From: Candidatus Coprenecus sp.
GTDB lineage: Bacteria; Bacteroidota; Bacteroidia; Bacteroidales; UBA932
Length of the DNA: 45,414 nt
Direction: 5' to 3'
Assembly (NCBI GenBank): GCA_045635245.1
Contig: JAZRBT010000225.1
Span: 1-45,414 of the forward strand
In this document: in pieces, positions 7,481-15,677 of the stretch
Numbering within the stretch: position 1 is the first letter of the stretch
Layout: every line of letters starts with the position of its first letter
Program-made: the position numbers and the translations under genes
The notes under the pieces: model-generated
Told to the model about the DNA's origin: nothing
Seen by the model: the letters and a program-made list of their open reading frames with translations, nothing else
Databases searched by the model: none

Positions 7481-8818
7481 CTATTTGACCAAAGTGGCAA
7501 TAAGTGTTGCAGATGTGCAACTTTCCACTTTTACTGTGGCATAATCTCCAGCCTTATACCCCGGAGCGGAGAATACGCACACTTTATTTCCCAAAGTCCT
7601 TCCGAACAATTGCTCGGAGTCCCTTTTTGATGTACCTTCAATCAATACTTCGTATGTCTTTCCGATACATTCTTTGTTGCGCTCAAGAGATATTGCACTT
7701 TGAAGTTCAATAATTTCATTGAGTCTGCGGGTTTTGGTCTCCAAGGGAACATCGTCTTCAAAGTGGCGTGCAGCCTTGGTGTTTGGTCTTTGGGAGTATT
7801 GGAACATAAATGCGCTGTCGAATCTCACTTTCTTAAGAAGTTCGATGGTAGCTTGATGTTCCTCTTCGGTTTCACTGCAGAAACCGGCGATAATATCGGT
7901 AGTAATGGCAGCGTCCGGTATTATCTCTCTTATTTTCTCAATGCGCTCAAGGTAAGTCGCACTGTCGTATTTTCTGTTCATCTTTTCCAACATTCTGTCG
8001 CTGCCCGACTGGACGGGAAGGTGAATATGGGTACAGATATTGGGATACATCGCCATTGAGTAAAGAACAGCATTGCTCATATCCTTTGGATGCGATGTCG
8101 AGAACCTCACTCGCAAATCGGGTGCCACCAATGCCACCAATTCCAATAATTGTGCAAAATTTACACTTTTTGTAGGATTTTCCGGGTCTTTCCATAGGTA
8201 TGAATCGACATTCTGTCCCAAAAGGTTAACCTCTTTATATCCTGCTTTGTATAGTGTGGTGGCTTCTTTTACAATGGTATATGGGTCGCGGCTTCTCTCT
8301 CGTCCTCTTACGTATGGAACAATACAATAGGTACACATATTATTACATCCTCTCATTATCGAGATAAATGATGTGACGCCATTTTTATCCATTCTTACAG
8401 GGACAATGTCTGCATAGGTCTCGGTCATAGACAATGCAATGTCCATCTGTTTGTCGGCAGCATTCTCTGAAAGCTGTCCAAGGAGTTTTGGAAGTTCACG
8501 GTATGAGTCGGGACCAACCACCAAATCGACTGCCGGATGGCTCAAAAGATCTTGTTTGATTCTTTCTGCCATACATCCCAAAACCCCAACAATAACGCGG
8601 CGGTGTTTCTTTTCCTGAAGGAATCTGTCAAGTCTTCCCCAGACCCTCTGTTCTGCATTTTCTCTTATGGAACAAGTGTTTACCAATATCAAATCGGCAT
8701 CCTCCAATCTTTCGCATAATTCGTACCCCTCTTTCTTGAGGATAGACAATACGACTTCGCTGTCATATACATTCATTTGACAGCCGTAAGTTTCAATAAA
8801 CAAATTTAAATTCTGCAT
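7481..8818 (-). CDS. miaB: tRNA-2-methylthio-N6-dimethylallyladenosine synthase
   Basis: 445 aa. N-terminal YGCQMNVYDSE (UPF0004 cluster), radical-SAM CNNMCTYCIVP, and a C-terminal TRAM-like segment. Confidence 0.93.
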   Translation of the reverse strand: MQNLNLFIETYGCQMNVYDSEVVLSILKKEGYELCERLEDADLILVNTCSIRENAEQRVWGRLDRFLQEKKHRRVIVGVLGCMAERIKQDLLSHPAVDLVVGPDSYRELPKLLGQLSENAADKQMDIALSMTETYADIVPVRMDKNGVTSFISIMRGCNNMCTYCIVPYVRGRERSRDPYTIVKEATTLYKAGYKEVNLLGQNVDSYLWKDPENPTKSVNFAQLLELVALVAPDLRVRFSTSHPKDMSNAVLYSMAMYPNICTHIHLPVQSGSDRMLEKMNRKYDSATYLERIEKIREIIPDAAITTDIIAGFCSETEEEHQATIELLKKVRFDSAFMFQYSQRPNTKAARHFEDDVPLETKTRRLNEIIELQSAISLERNKECIGKTYEVLIEGTSKRDSEQLFGRTLGNKVCVFSAPGYKAGDYATVKVESCTSATLIATLVK

Positions 8819-8826
8819 AGTGACTG

Positions 8827-8834
8827 CAAATATA
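8827..8834 (-). promoter_or_regulatory. -7 box TATATTTG for miaB
   Basis: Plus strand reads CAAATATA. The box ends 8 nt before ATG 8818, which implies a very short leader. Confidence 0.4.
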
Positions 8835-8842
8835 AGTTTTTA

Positions 8843-8850
8843 TATCTTTG
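8843..8850 (+). promoter_or_regulatory. -7 box TATCTTTG for the 8876 lipoprotein gene
   Basis: Exact TAnnTTTG match ending 25 nt before ATG 8876, back-to-back with the miaB box. Confidence 0.45.
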
Positions 8851-8875
8851 CACCGTAAAAATAAAGTACGATTTT

Positions 8876-9376
8876 ATGAATATAAAAGAGAAATTTTTTA
8901 AAACGATACGAAAAACAGTCCTGTTGATGGGATTGGTCATTGCAATTTCTTCGTGTGAGAACTATAAAGATATAGCCGTTGCTGATTTCCAATTGGATGG
9001 TTTTCAATTCAAAAATACCACATCGGCACAAATCAGTGTCTCTGCGATGGTCGATAATCCGACCAGAACCACTCTTTCGATAGTTGCAGCGGAGGCAGTG
9101 ATAAAGAAACAGGGAAGAGATTTCATTGAACTGGAGATTCCTAAAACCTATTCGGTGGGACCGGAGACAAAGCAAAGACTCTCTGTGGATATCGAGGCTT
9201 CGGTATTGAATCCTATTGAGATTATTGCCACTGGTTTGAATTTTGCTTCCTGGGATTTGGAACAATTTACTGTAGATGGAAAGATAACAGTGAAGTCGGA
9301 CAAAGGTTTCAAGAAGGTTTTCAGATTGAATGACGAACCACTTGGAGAAGTTCTTGGAGTAATTAAACGGTTGTAG
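8876..9376 (+). CDS. Lipoprotein, function unknown (possibly LEA14/NDR1-like beta-sandwich)
   Basis: 166 aa. Signal peptide plus lipobox (VIAISSC). The fold suggestion is only an impression. Confidence 0.6.
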   Translation: MNIKEKFFKTIRKTVLLMGLVIAISSCENYKDIAVADFQLDGFQFKNTTSAQISVSAMVDNPTRTTLSIVAAEAVIKKQGRDFIELEIPKTYSVGPETKQRLSVDIEASVLNPIEIIATGLNFASWDLEQFTVDGKITVKSDKGFKKVFRLNDEPLGEVLGVIKRL

Positions 9377-9394
9377 AATAATAATTTTAAAAAT

Positions 9395-9853
9395 ATGAAT
9401 ATCAGAAAATCAATATTTGTAGCACTTGTAGCGTTGTTTGCTTCATTTGGTGTGTATGCTCAGGACGAAGCAGATACCGCAGTTGTCGTGTCGGCAGAGA
9501 AGAATTTTGAGCAATTGATGACCTCTGTAGGTGGTTCTGTATCGATGACAGACTCTCTGAGAGCGGCACTTATGATGCAGGTGGAGAAAAATAAAGGGAG
9601 AAAGAGTTCTGTTTACAGAATCCGTATATATTTCGACAATAGCCAAAATGCAAGAACTGTATCAACTCAGGTGGCTGATACATTCAAGGTCTATTATCCT
9701 AATATTCCGGTATATAGAAGTTACTCCAACCCTTACTTCAAAGTAACGGTCGGAGATTTCAGAACCAAGTCGGATGCGATGAGATTTCTCGAGGCAATCC
9801 GACCAAAATATCCAACAGTATTTTTGGTTAAAGAGCCTTTCTCTACCTTGTAG
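9395..9853 (+). CDS. SPOR domain-containing protein
   Basis: 152 aa with a signal peptide. C-terminal YRIRIYFDNSQNARTVS...YFKVTVGDFRTKSDAMRFLEAI fits the SPOR peptidoglycan-binding repeat pattern. Confidence 0.75.
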   Translation: MNIRKSIFVALVALFASFGVYAQDEADTAVVVSAEKNFEQLMTSVGGSVSMTDSLRAALMMQVEKNKGRKSSVYRIRIYFDNSQNARTVSTQVADTFKVYYPNIPVYRSYSNPYFKVTVGDFRTKSDAMRFLEAIRPKYPTVFLVKEPFSTL

Positions 9854-9868
9854 TGGGGAAAATTCCGG

Positions 9869-10837
9869 TTATTGAACCCTTTTCCACCATCTGGGGAGAA
9901 ATCTTTTGGTCAAAGAGCGGAGAGTCTCCTGCATCGGACGCAAGTGTCTTTCCACTTTCTCAGGGTAGATATCCTTTATGTTTACAAGGATACCTGTCTC
10001 TTCCACCTCTCCAAACCCTTTGTTAAGGGCAGTACCAAAGACTTTCATAGAGGGGGACAGGTTCATATATGAATTGATAAGCGGAGGAATATTTTCTCCG
10101 TTTTGTTTTATCTCCTTCTGAAGCACACGATATGCGTCATTGTATTCCAGATCTTTGAAAAGTTCCTGGTAGTATTTGTTGTCACAGTCGTAGTCCAATG
10201 CCTCAATAGGATATACAAGCGATTCTGTATCAACGAAATACTTGTGCAGGAAGTTCAGCAATGTATTTCTCGCTTTAAGATTGTAAGAAGAATACATTGT
10301 CACTTTGCCGAAGAAGTATTTGTAGTTGCTGTATTTGATCATCAGCGCACCCAATCCGTCCCAAAGGTTGTCCAATGAATACAAACTTTTACGACGAAGA
10401 TTCATACTCTGGTAGTTGGGCTGTATAAATGATCTTCCGAGCTCAATGGTGAAAGGAAGATATTCCTTTACGAACTCATCAGAATATGTAAAAAGTTCTT
10501 TGGTCGCCATTTTCTCAATGGGAAGTCCGCCGCAAAGAATGTATCTGTATCCGCCGATAATCTCCTTATTGTCAGGATCCCATACAATCAGTTGTTTATA
10601 AGGGTATTTGGGGTCGGTATCGTATTCATCGATATCACACTCCTTGCCTGTACCTCCTCCACTTGTTCTGAAAGAAAGTTCACGAAGTCTTCCGATTTCT
10701 CTCATAATGTTGGGTGAATCGGCATAGGTCACCTCGTACAATTCATTTCTTCCTTTTCTGGTGGTTCTGATATATTTGGAAGGTGTCAGTTCTTTAATAA
10801 TCAGTTTTCTGTCAACTGGTTGAATTATGGGATTCAT
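9869..10837 (-). CDS. glsB: GNAT-fold, hemolysin-like N-acyltransferase (glycine / amino-acid lipid synthesis, OlsB/GlsB-like)
   Basis: 322 aa. GRLRELSFRTSGGGTGKECDIDEYD matches the COG3176 / OlsB-like signature. It lies directly downstream (7-nt gap) of a lysophospholipid-type acyltransferase, as in the Bacteroides gls pair. Confidence 0.65.
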   Translation of the reverse strand: MNPIIQPVDRKLIIKELTPSKYIRTTRKGRNELYEVTYADSPNIMREIGRLRELSFRTSGGGTGKECDIDEYDTDPKYPYKQLIVWDPDNKEIIGGYRYILCGGLPIEKMATKELFTYSDEFVKEYLPFTIELGRSFIQPNYQSMNLRRKSLYSLDNLWDGLGALMIKYSNYKYFFGKVTMYSSYNLKARNTLLNFLHKYFVDTESLVYPIEALDYDCDNKYYQELFKDLEYNDAYRVLQKEIKQNGENIPPLINSYMNLSPSMKVFGTALNKGFGEVEETGILVNIKDIYPEKVERHLRPMQETLRSLTKRFLPRWWKRVQ

Positions 10838-10844
10838 ATTAATC

Positions 10845-11672
10845 TTATTTAGGTAGGTTATAGCATTTCTCTCTTATTCTGCGACACCACTCTTTATGTC
10901 CGGTTCCGTCGCAGAGATGTTCGTAAGGTATCGGCTCTCCAATATAGAGATCAAAAGTCTTGCCACGGTTTTTGAACATTTCATCGGGTAGATAAAGTGT
11001 CTCTATATTGAATTTGATACCGAGTCGTTTCCTGATATTTGCCAGGCGGTAGAAGAATTTGGAATTTCTGCCGGAGAAGTACATAGGAACGATATCCCTT
11101 TGGGAATCAATGGCCTTTGCTACAAAAGTCTTTTTCCATTCAAGGTCTGTGATTTTTCCTCCAATCAGACGGGAACATAATCCTGCAGGGAAATAAAGTA
11201 TCTGGTTATCAGAAGCAAACGCTTCATTGAAAAGATTTGTGCTCTGGTGCTTCATCTTGCCATATTTGTTTACAGGAACAAATACAGTTTTCAGCGGCTC
11301 AATATGCATCAGCAGGTCATTTACCACAAACCTCACTTTGTTGTCAAATTGTCCTCCAAGATATGAGATAAGGATGATGCCATCCATTCCGCCAAGGGGG
11401 TGATTGGAAACAAAGATGTAGCGTTTTGCAGGGTCAAGGGAAGTGGAGGTATGAACATTGAATCTGATATCAAATTCCTCAACCATCTCTGTTGCGAAAT
11501 CGACTCCGGAAGAGTCTCCACGACGTAGCAGAATATCGTTTAATTCATCTTGATGGATGATTTTTTTGAGATAGTTTATGACAAATCGAGGAATCCTTTT
11601 TGCAAGTTTTTCACTTTTGCTCCGGATGACTTTCTCGACATCTATCTGTAGTATTTGTTTTGTCTCTTTCAT
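10845..11672 (-). CDS. glsA: Lysophospholipid-type O-acyltransferase (GlsA/OlsA-like)
   Basis: 275 aa. Acyltransferase motif VSNHPLGGMDG and a later FPAG...R block. Paired with the N-acyltransferase gene. Confidence 0.6.
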   Translation of the reverse strand: MKETKQILQIDVEKVIRSKSEKLAKRIPRFVINYLKKIIHQDELNDILLRRGDSSGVDFATEMVEEFDIRFNVHTSTSLDPAKRYIFVSNHPLGGMDGIILISYLGGQFDNKVRFVVNDLLMHIEPLKTVFVPVNKYGKMKHQSTNLFNEAFASDNQILYFPAGLCSRLIGGKITDLEWKKTFVAKAIDSQRDIVPMYFSGRNSKFFYRLANIRKRLGIKFNIETLYLPDEMFKNRGKTFDLYIGEPIPYEHLCDGTGHKEWCRRIREKCYNLPK

Positions 11673-11696
11673 ACAACTCTCCCATCTTTATAAATA

Positions 11697-11704
11697 CAAA
11701 TATA
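11697..11704 (-). promoter_or_regulatory. -7 box TATATTTG for the glsA-glsB operon
   Basis: Plus strand reads CAAATATA. The box ends 24 nt before ATG 11672. Confidence 0.45.
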
Positions 11705-11716
11705 ATAGAAAAATTA

Positions 11717-11724
11717 TATCTTTG
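11717..11724 (+). promoter_or_regulatory. -7 box TATCTTTG for rpoN
   Basis: Exact match ending 38 nt before ATG 11763. It lies only 2 nt before the ORF-track ATG at 11727, so that ATG is unlikely to be transcribed. Confidence 0.45.
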
Positions 11725-11762
11725 TAATGAAACTGTGGTTTCAAATTTGTAAGAGACAAGAT

Positions 11763-13172
11763 ATGATAAAGCAAGGACTGCAACAGAAACAGCAACAAGG
11801 ACTCTCTCCTTTACAGATTCAGACAATAAAATTGTTGGAACTTCCGACAATGGAACTTGAGCAGAGAATCAATAAGGAGATAGAGGAAAATCCTGTGTTG
11901 GACGAGGTGATTTCATCAGAAGAGAGTGATGACGACACCCCAAAGAATGTCTCTTTGAGTGAATATTCGGCAGACGATCCCACCCCTTCTTACAGATTGT
12001 ATGTAAATAATCAGGGAAAGGATCTCAAACCACAATACAATACCTTTTCTGTCAAGGAGAGTTTTCATCAGAATCTCCTTATGCAGTTGGGTTACAGTGA
12101 CCTGCGTGGAGAGCAGAGACAGATAGCCAAATTCATCATAGGCAGTCTTGATGATGACGGTTATTTGCGCAGGGATATTGAATCTCTGACAGATGATATT
12201 GCATTCCGACTCAATATTGAGACAACTCCCGAGAATGTGGAGATGATTCTTTCAAAAATTCAGGAGTTTGAACCGGTAGGAATCGGGGCACGAAATCTTC
12301 AGGAGTGTCTGATTCTTCAGCTCAAGGCTCTAAAACTCACTCCGGAAAGAGCAATTGCACAAACTATTCTCGAAGAATATTTTGATGAGTTTACCCGTAA
12401 ACATTATGACAAGATAATTTCGAGATTGTCCATTACACGTGACCAGCTTAAGGAGGCAATGGATGAGATAGTCCATCTGAATCCCCGTCCGGGCGGACAG
12501 ATAGATGATTCTTATGTGGAACAGGCACAGCAGGTTGTTCCCGACTTTACCCTCGAAAATAAGGATGGAGAGTTGATTCTGAGTATGCCCAAACTCTCAG
12601 TTCCGGAGTTGAGGGTAAATAAAAGATATGCAGAAATTCTGATGAATTCAGCCAACTCTTCGGGCAAAAGCGGCAAAGAGGCAGTTTCATTTGTGAAGCA
12701 GAAACTCGACTCTGCAAAATGGTTTGTAGAGGCTATCAAGCAGCGTCAGAATACATTGTACAATACAATGAATGCTATCCTCAATTTCCAGAAGGATTTC
12801 TTCCAGGAAGGTGACGAAACCAAACTTCGTCCGATGGTGCTCAAGAATATAGCTGAAAAAACAGGTCTTGACATATCGACCATCTCCCGTGTGGTCAATT
12901 GTAAATATATCCAGACCCATTTCGGAATATATTCTCTCAAGTATTTCTTCTCTGAGGGACTTGTAAACAATAGCGGAGAGGAGGTTTCCACCCGCGAAAT
13001 AAAGAAGGTACTTTCTGAAAGTATCGAGAATGAAAATAAAAGCAAACCCCTTACCGATGAGGAACTTGTTACAGTTCTTGCTCAGAAGGGGTATAAGGTG
13101 GCAAGGCGTACCGTTGCCAAATATCGCGAACAGTTGAATCTTCCTATTGCCCGTTTGCGTAAGGAAATCTAA
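11763..13172 (+). CDS. rpoN: RNA polymerase sigma-54 factor
   Basis: 469 aa from MIKQGLQQKQQQGLSPLQIQTIKLLELP (Gln-rich region I), with an acidic region II. C-terminal HTH plus RpoN box (ARRTVAKYREQLNLP). Confidence 0.92.
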   Translation: MIKQGLQQKQQQGLSPLQIQTIKLLELPTMELEQRINKEIEENPVLDEVISSEESDDDTPKNVSLSEYSADDPTPSYRLYVNNQGKDLKPQYNTFSVKESFHQNLLMQLGYSDLRGEQRQIAKFIIGSLDDDGYLRRDIESLTDDIAFRLNIETTPENVEMILSKIQEFEPVGIGARNLQECLILQLKALKLTPERAIAQTILEEYFDEFTRKHYDKIISRLSITRDQLKEAMDEIVHLNPRPGGQIDDSYVEQAQQVVPDFTLENKDGELILSMPKLSVPELRVNKRYAEILMNSANSSGKSGKEAVSFVKQKLDSAKWFVEAIKQRQNTLYNTMNAILNFQKDFFQEGDETKLRPMVLKNIAEKTGLDISTISRVVNCKYIQTHFGIYSLKYFFSEGLVNNSGEEVSTREIKKVLSESIENENKSKPLTDEELVTVLAQKGYKVARRTVAKYREQLNLPIARLRKEI

Positions 13173-13177
13173 CAATA

Positions 13178-13831
13178 TTACAGTTTACTTCCAAAGGCCA
13201 AATCACCTGCATCGCCCAATCCGGGAACGATGTAGGATTTGTTTGTAAGTTCTTCATCTATAGCACCTGTCCATAGGGTGATGTTTTTATGAGGAAGATT
13301 CTTCGAGAGGTATTCCACACCATAGAAACTTGCGATAGGACAAACAAAATGGACCTCTGAAGGTGTACCCGATTCAAGAAGTTTATTGTAAGCCAAAACC
13401 AATGAAGCACCTGTTGCAAGCATTGTGTCGGCAATGATAAGGACTTTTCCTTCCAATGAAGGAGAAGTCATATATTCCATCTTGATTTCAAATTTGTTGT
13501 CCTTGCCATATTTTCTATATGCAGCGACAAAAGCGTTTTGCGCTCTGTCGAAGAAATTCAATATTCCGTTGTGCAAGGGGAGTCCTGCTCTGAGGACGGT
13601 AGAGACAACGATGTTGTCAGAAGGAAGTTGGCAATTAGCAATTCCAAGGGGAGTTACGACCTCTTTCTCTTCGTAATTTAGTGTTTTACTGATTTCGTAT
13701 GCAGCTATTTCACCGATTCTCTCAAGATTTCTTCTGAATCTCAATGGATCTTTCTGGATAGATTTGTCTCTGATCTCTGCTATAAACTGATTGAGAACCG
13801 AATTCTCCTTGCCAAGATTGATAATTTTCAT
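13178..13831 (-). CDS. upp: Uracil phosphoribosyltransferase
   Basis: 217 aa. PRPP-binding loop VLIIADTMLATGAS and C-terminal YIVPGLGDAGD, which is diagnostic of Upp. Confidence 0.9.
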   Translation of the reverse strand: MKIINLGKENSVLNQFIAEIRDKSIQKDPLRFRRNLERIGEIAAYEISKTLNYEEKEVVTPLGIANCQLPSDNIVVSTVLRAGLPLHNGILNFFDRAQNAFVAAYRKYGKDNKFEIKMEYMTSPSLEGKVLIIADTMLATGASLVLAYNKLLESGTPSEVHFVCPIASFYGVEYLSKNLPHKNITLWTGAIDEELTNKSYIVPGLGDAGDLAFGSKL

Positions 13832-13847
13832 ATTCTGTAGATTTTTA

Positions 13848-13855
13848 CAAATATA
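13848..13855 (-). promoter_or_regulatory. -7 box TATATTTG for upp
   Basis: Plus strand reads CAAATATA. The box ends 16 nt before ATG 13831. Confidence 0.45.
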
Positions 13856-13860
13856 TGATT

Positions 13861-14538
13861 TTATCCGATACCCTCATCAGAGAAACTGTAATAATTGTTC
13901 CCTGCAATGATTATATGGTCTATCAATGATATGTCAAAGAGTGATGCAGCCTCTTTAAGGAGTGCAGTCTGCTTCTTGTCCTGTTCTCCGGGGTAGGGAT
14001 TTCCCGAGGGGTGGTTGTGTACAACAATAATGGCACTTGCCAATTTTTCCACAGCCCTTTTTATAATCATCCTCGAATCCATAATGGTGCTGCTGATACC
14101 TCCAACGCTCAATCTCTCTTTCGCCAGGATTTTATTTGCTCGGTTCAGGTATAGCACCCAACACTCTTCGTTTGGGAGATTCCTCAACAGGGGGATAAAA
14201 ATATCAGCCACTGAGCGGGAGGAGGTTATCGATTCTCTTTCCAAAGGCTTTTCCGATTGTATTCTCGTTGCCAACTCAAAAAGTGCAAGGAGTCTCGCAG
14301 CTTTTGCTTCTCCGATACCATCAATACTTCTCAGATTCTCAAATGAGTATCCGGATAATTTGTTTAAAGAATTTTCATTTTCGGAAAGAATCTTGCGCGA
14401 TAGATCCACTGCGCTGAGATTTTTGGTTCCTGAATTAATAAGAATGGCCAGCAATTCGGCGTCACTAAGTGAACTTGCACCGTAATTGATCATCTTCTCC
14501 CTCGGCCTGTCGTCACATTTCCAATCTTTAATTTTCAC
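13861..14538 (-). CDS. radC: RadC-family JAB-domain protein (UPF0758)
   Basis: 225 aa with a GTG start. N-terminal RPREKM...LSDAELLAILI helix-hairpin-helix region and the JAMM motif HNHPSG. Confidence 0.88.
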   Translation of the reverse strand: MKIKDWKCDDRPREKMINYGASSLSDAELLAILINSGTKNLSAVDLSRKILSENENSLNKLSGYSFENLRSIDGIGEAKAARLLALFELATRIQSEKPLERESITSSRSVADIFIPLLRNLPNEECWVLYLNRANKILAKERLSVGGISSTIMDSRMIIKRAVEKLASAIIVVHNHPSGNPYPGEQDKKQTALLKEAASLFDISLIDHIIIAGNNYYSFSDEGIG

Positions 14539-14548
14539 GATACAATAA

Positions 14549-14586
14549 ATAAAAAAAACTTCCGCGAATTTCGGAAGTTTTTTCTA
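14549..14586 (-). terminator. Intrinsic terminator after rpsT
   Basis: Stem AACTTCCG (14557-14564) / CGGAAGTT (14572-14579) with a 7-nt loop, flanked by A8 and T7 runs that give a U-tail on either strand. Confidence 0.8.
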
Positions 14587-14609
14587 TTTATCTGTCTTGA
14601 AACGTAAAT

Positions 14610-14861
14610 TTATAGGCTATTTACGTAAACTGTGATTCCACTTTTTAGGTTTGCTGCTTTATTTTTGTGGATTACGTTGATCTTCGCAAGTTTATCAATC
14701 ATTGAGCAAACTTTAGGAAGACTTGAAAGTGCAGCTTCTTTGTCTGTTGTATTTCTAATCGCTCTTATAGCGTTTCGTGTGGTTCTTGCATAATAACGAT
14801 TATGCAACCTGCGTGTCTCGTTTTGACGATTACGCTTTTCTGCTGATGCGTGATTTGCCAT
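14610..14861 (-). CDS. rpsT: 30S ribosomal protein S20
   Basis: 83 aa. [22 protein letters not shown]... is a typical basic S20 N-terminus. Confidence 0.95.
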   Translation of the reverse strand: MANHASAEKRNRQNETRRLHNRYYARTTRNAIRAIRNTTDKEAALSSLPKVCSMIDKLAKINVIHKNKAANLKSGITVYVNSL

Positions 14862-14878
14862 TTTACTCTTTTTTTATA

Positions 14879-14953
14879 TGGTACTGGGTAGGGGAATCGA
14901 ACCCCTATTGCAAGAATGAAAATCTTGAGTCCTAACCGTTAGACGAACCCAGC
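14879..14953 (-). tRNA. tRNA-Glu (anticodon UUC), CCA encoded
   Basis: The reverse complement GCTGGGTTCGTCTAACGGTTAGGACTCAAGATTTTCATTCTTGCAATAGGGGTTCGATTCCCCTACCCAGTACCA folds by hand into a cloverleaf. It has a 7-bp acceptor stem, a D-arm GTCT/GGAC, an anticodon stem CAAGA/TCTTG with loop TTTTCAT, and a T-arm AGGGG-TTCGATT-CCCCT. Confidence 0.93.
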
Positions 14954-14998
14954 ATATTTTCTTTATCTCTCAGCCTCTGTATCTCTCATTTGGGATTG

Positions 14999-15029
14999 CA
15001 AAGATAGGTATAATATTTTAATCTCCAAA
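14999..15029 (-). promoter_or_regulatory. Full-consensus promoter TTTG-N19-TATCTTTG for tRNA-Glu (and probably rpsT)
   Basis: Minus strand: TTTG at 15029-15026, a 19-nt spacer, and TATCTTTG at 15006-14999, about 45 nt upstream of the mature tRNA 5' end. Confidence 0.6.
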
Positions 15030-15142
15030 TTTATTTTGAAAAATTTTTTAAAAAAATTGCAATAACACTGAATTTTTCTGCCAATTCTTCCAAAATCGAT
15101 CCCAAAAGTAAATTGTTTACTCTATATTTAAATCTGGAGATT
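15020..15142. repeat. 14-nt imperfect inverted repeat flanking a 95-bp AT-rich spacer
   Basis: AATCTCCAAATTTA (15020-15033) against TAAATCTGGAGATT (15129-15142), matching 13 of 14. The left arm overlaps the -33 element of the tRNA promoter. The right arm abuts the stop of the 15145 gene. Confidence 0.5.
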
Positions 15143-15144
15143 GA

Positions 15145-15645
15145 TTACCTGACCCTTTTTTCAGGACCTTTCAGGTGTTCCCGTTTCATATCTTCGTAGG
15201 AATAGATGTGATTGCAATGAGGGCAATACAACTTATAGGTGGTGTAGCTTACAATTGTTTCGAATTTCTTGCGAAATATGCCGGGTTGAGATCCGTAACT
15301 ATATTCTTCTGTAATTGATTTAGTGTGCTCTTCTACTGTCTTGCCGTATTCCTTGACCCCAAGGCGGTGGCAGTTTGGGCATCTGTGCTTCTCGTAAAAG
15401 CGGAATACTAAGTTGTATGGTATTGCATTTATGCAGAAAACAAAGGCACCGAATAGTACTCCGTAGACAGTTCCTCCATTGATAGAGTCAAGAGCAATCT
15501 CTCGTCCCATAAATATGGTTGTAATAATCAGTATTAATGCTGTTATCCAATGTAACCAGACATTGCTCAGTTTCTTGATAAACATCAAGCCTAATGGAAT
15601 CACCAATAGTATTGTTGGCAGGAAGAGAACAAATAGGGTAGTCAT
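15145..15645 (-). CDS. Polytopic membrane protein with C-terminal four-Cys zinc ribbon, function unknown
   Basis: 166 aa. Three predicted TM helices in residues 1-80, then HRCPNCHRLG ... CPHCNH. Confidence 0.65.
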   Translation of the reverse strand: MTTLFVLFLPTILLVIPLGLMFIKKLSNVWLHWITALILIITTIFMGREIALDSINGGTVYGVLFGAFVFCINAIPYNLVFRFYEKHRCPNCHRLGVKEYGKTVEEHTKSITEEYSYGSQPGIFRKKFETIVSYTTYKLYCPHCNHIYSYEDMKREHLKGPEKRVR

Positions 15646-15677
15646 AATTTGGGGTTTCTGTGTGTTTTGGTGTTATG

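Noticed and set aside
11727-11762. Upstream ATG extending rpoN by 12 codons (MKLWFQICKRQD)
   Set aside because: The -7 box TATCTTTG ends at 11724, so transcription most likely starts at or after this ATG. The canonical sigma-54 Gln-rich N-terminus begins at ATG 11763.
12687-13175. 162-aa antisense ORF inside rpoN. Similar shadow ORFs occur at 3840-4313, 14015-14485, 32711-33313 and 36652-37197.
   Set aside because: All lie antisense within genes that carry strong family signatures, and they have odd composition and no start-site signals. I treat them as non-coding shadow frames.
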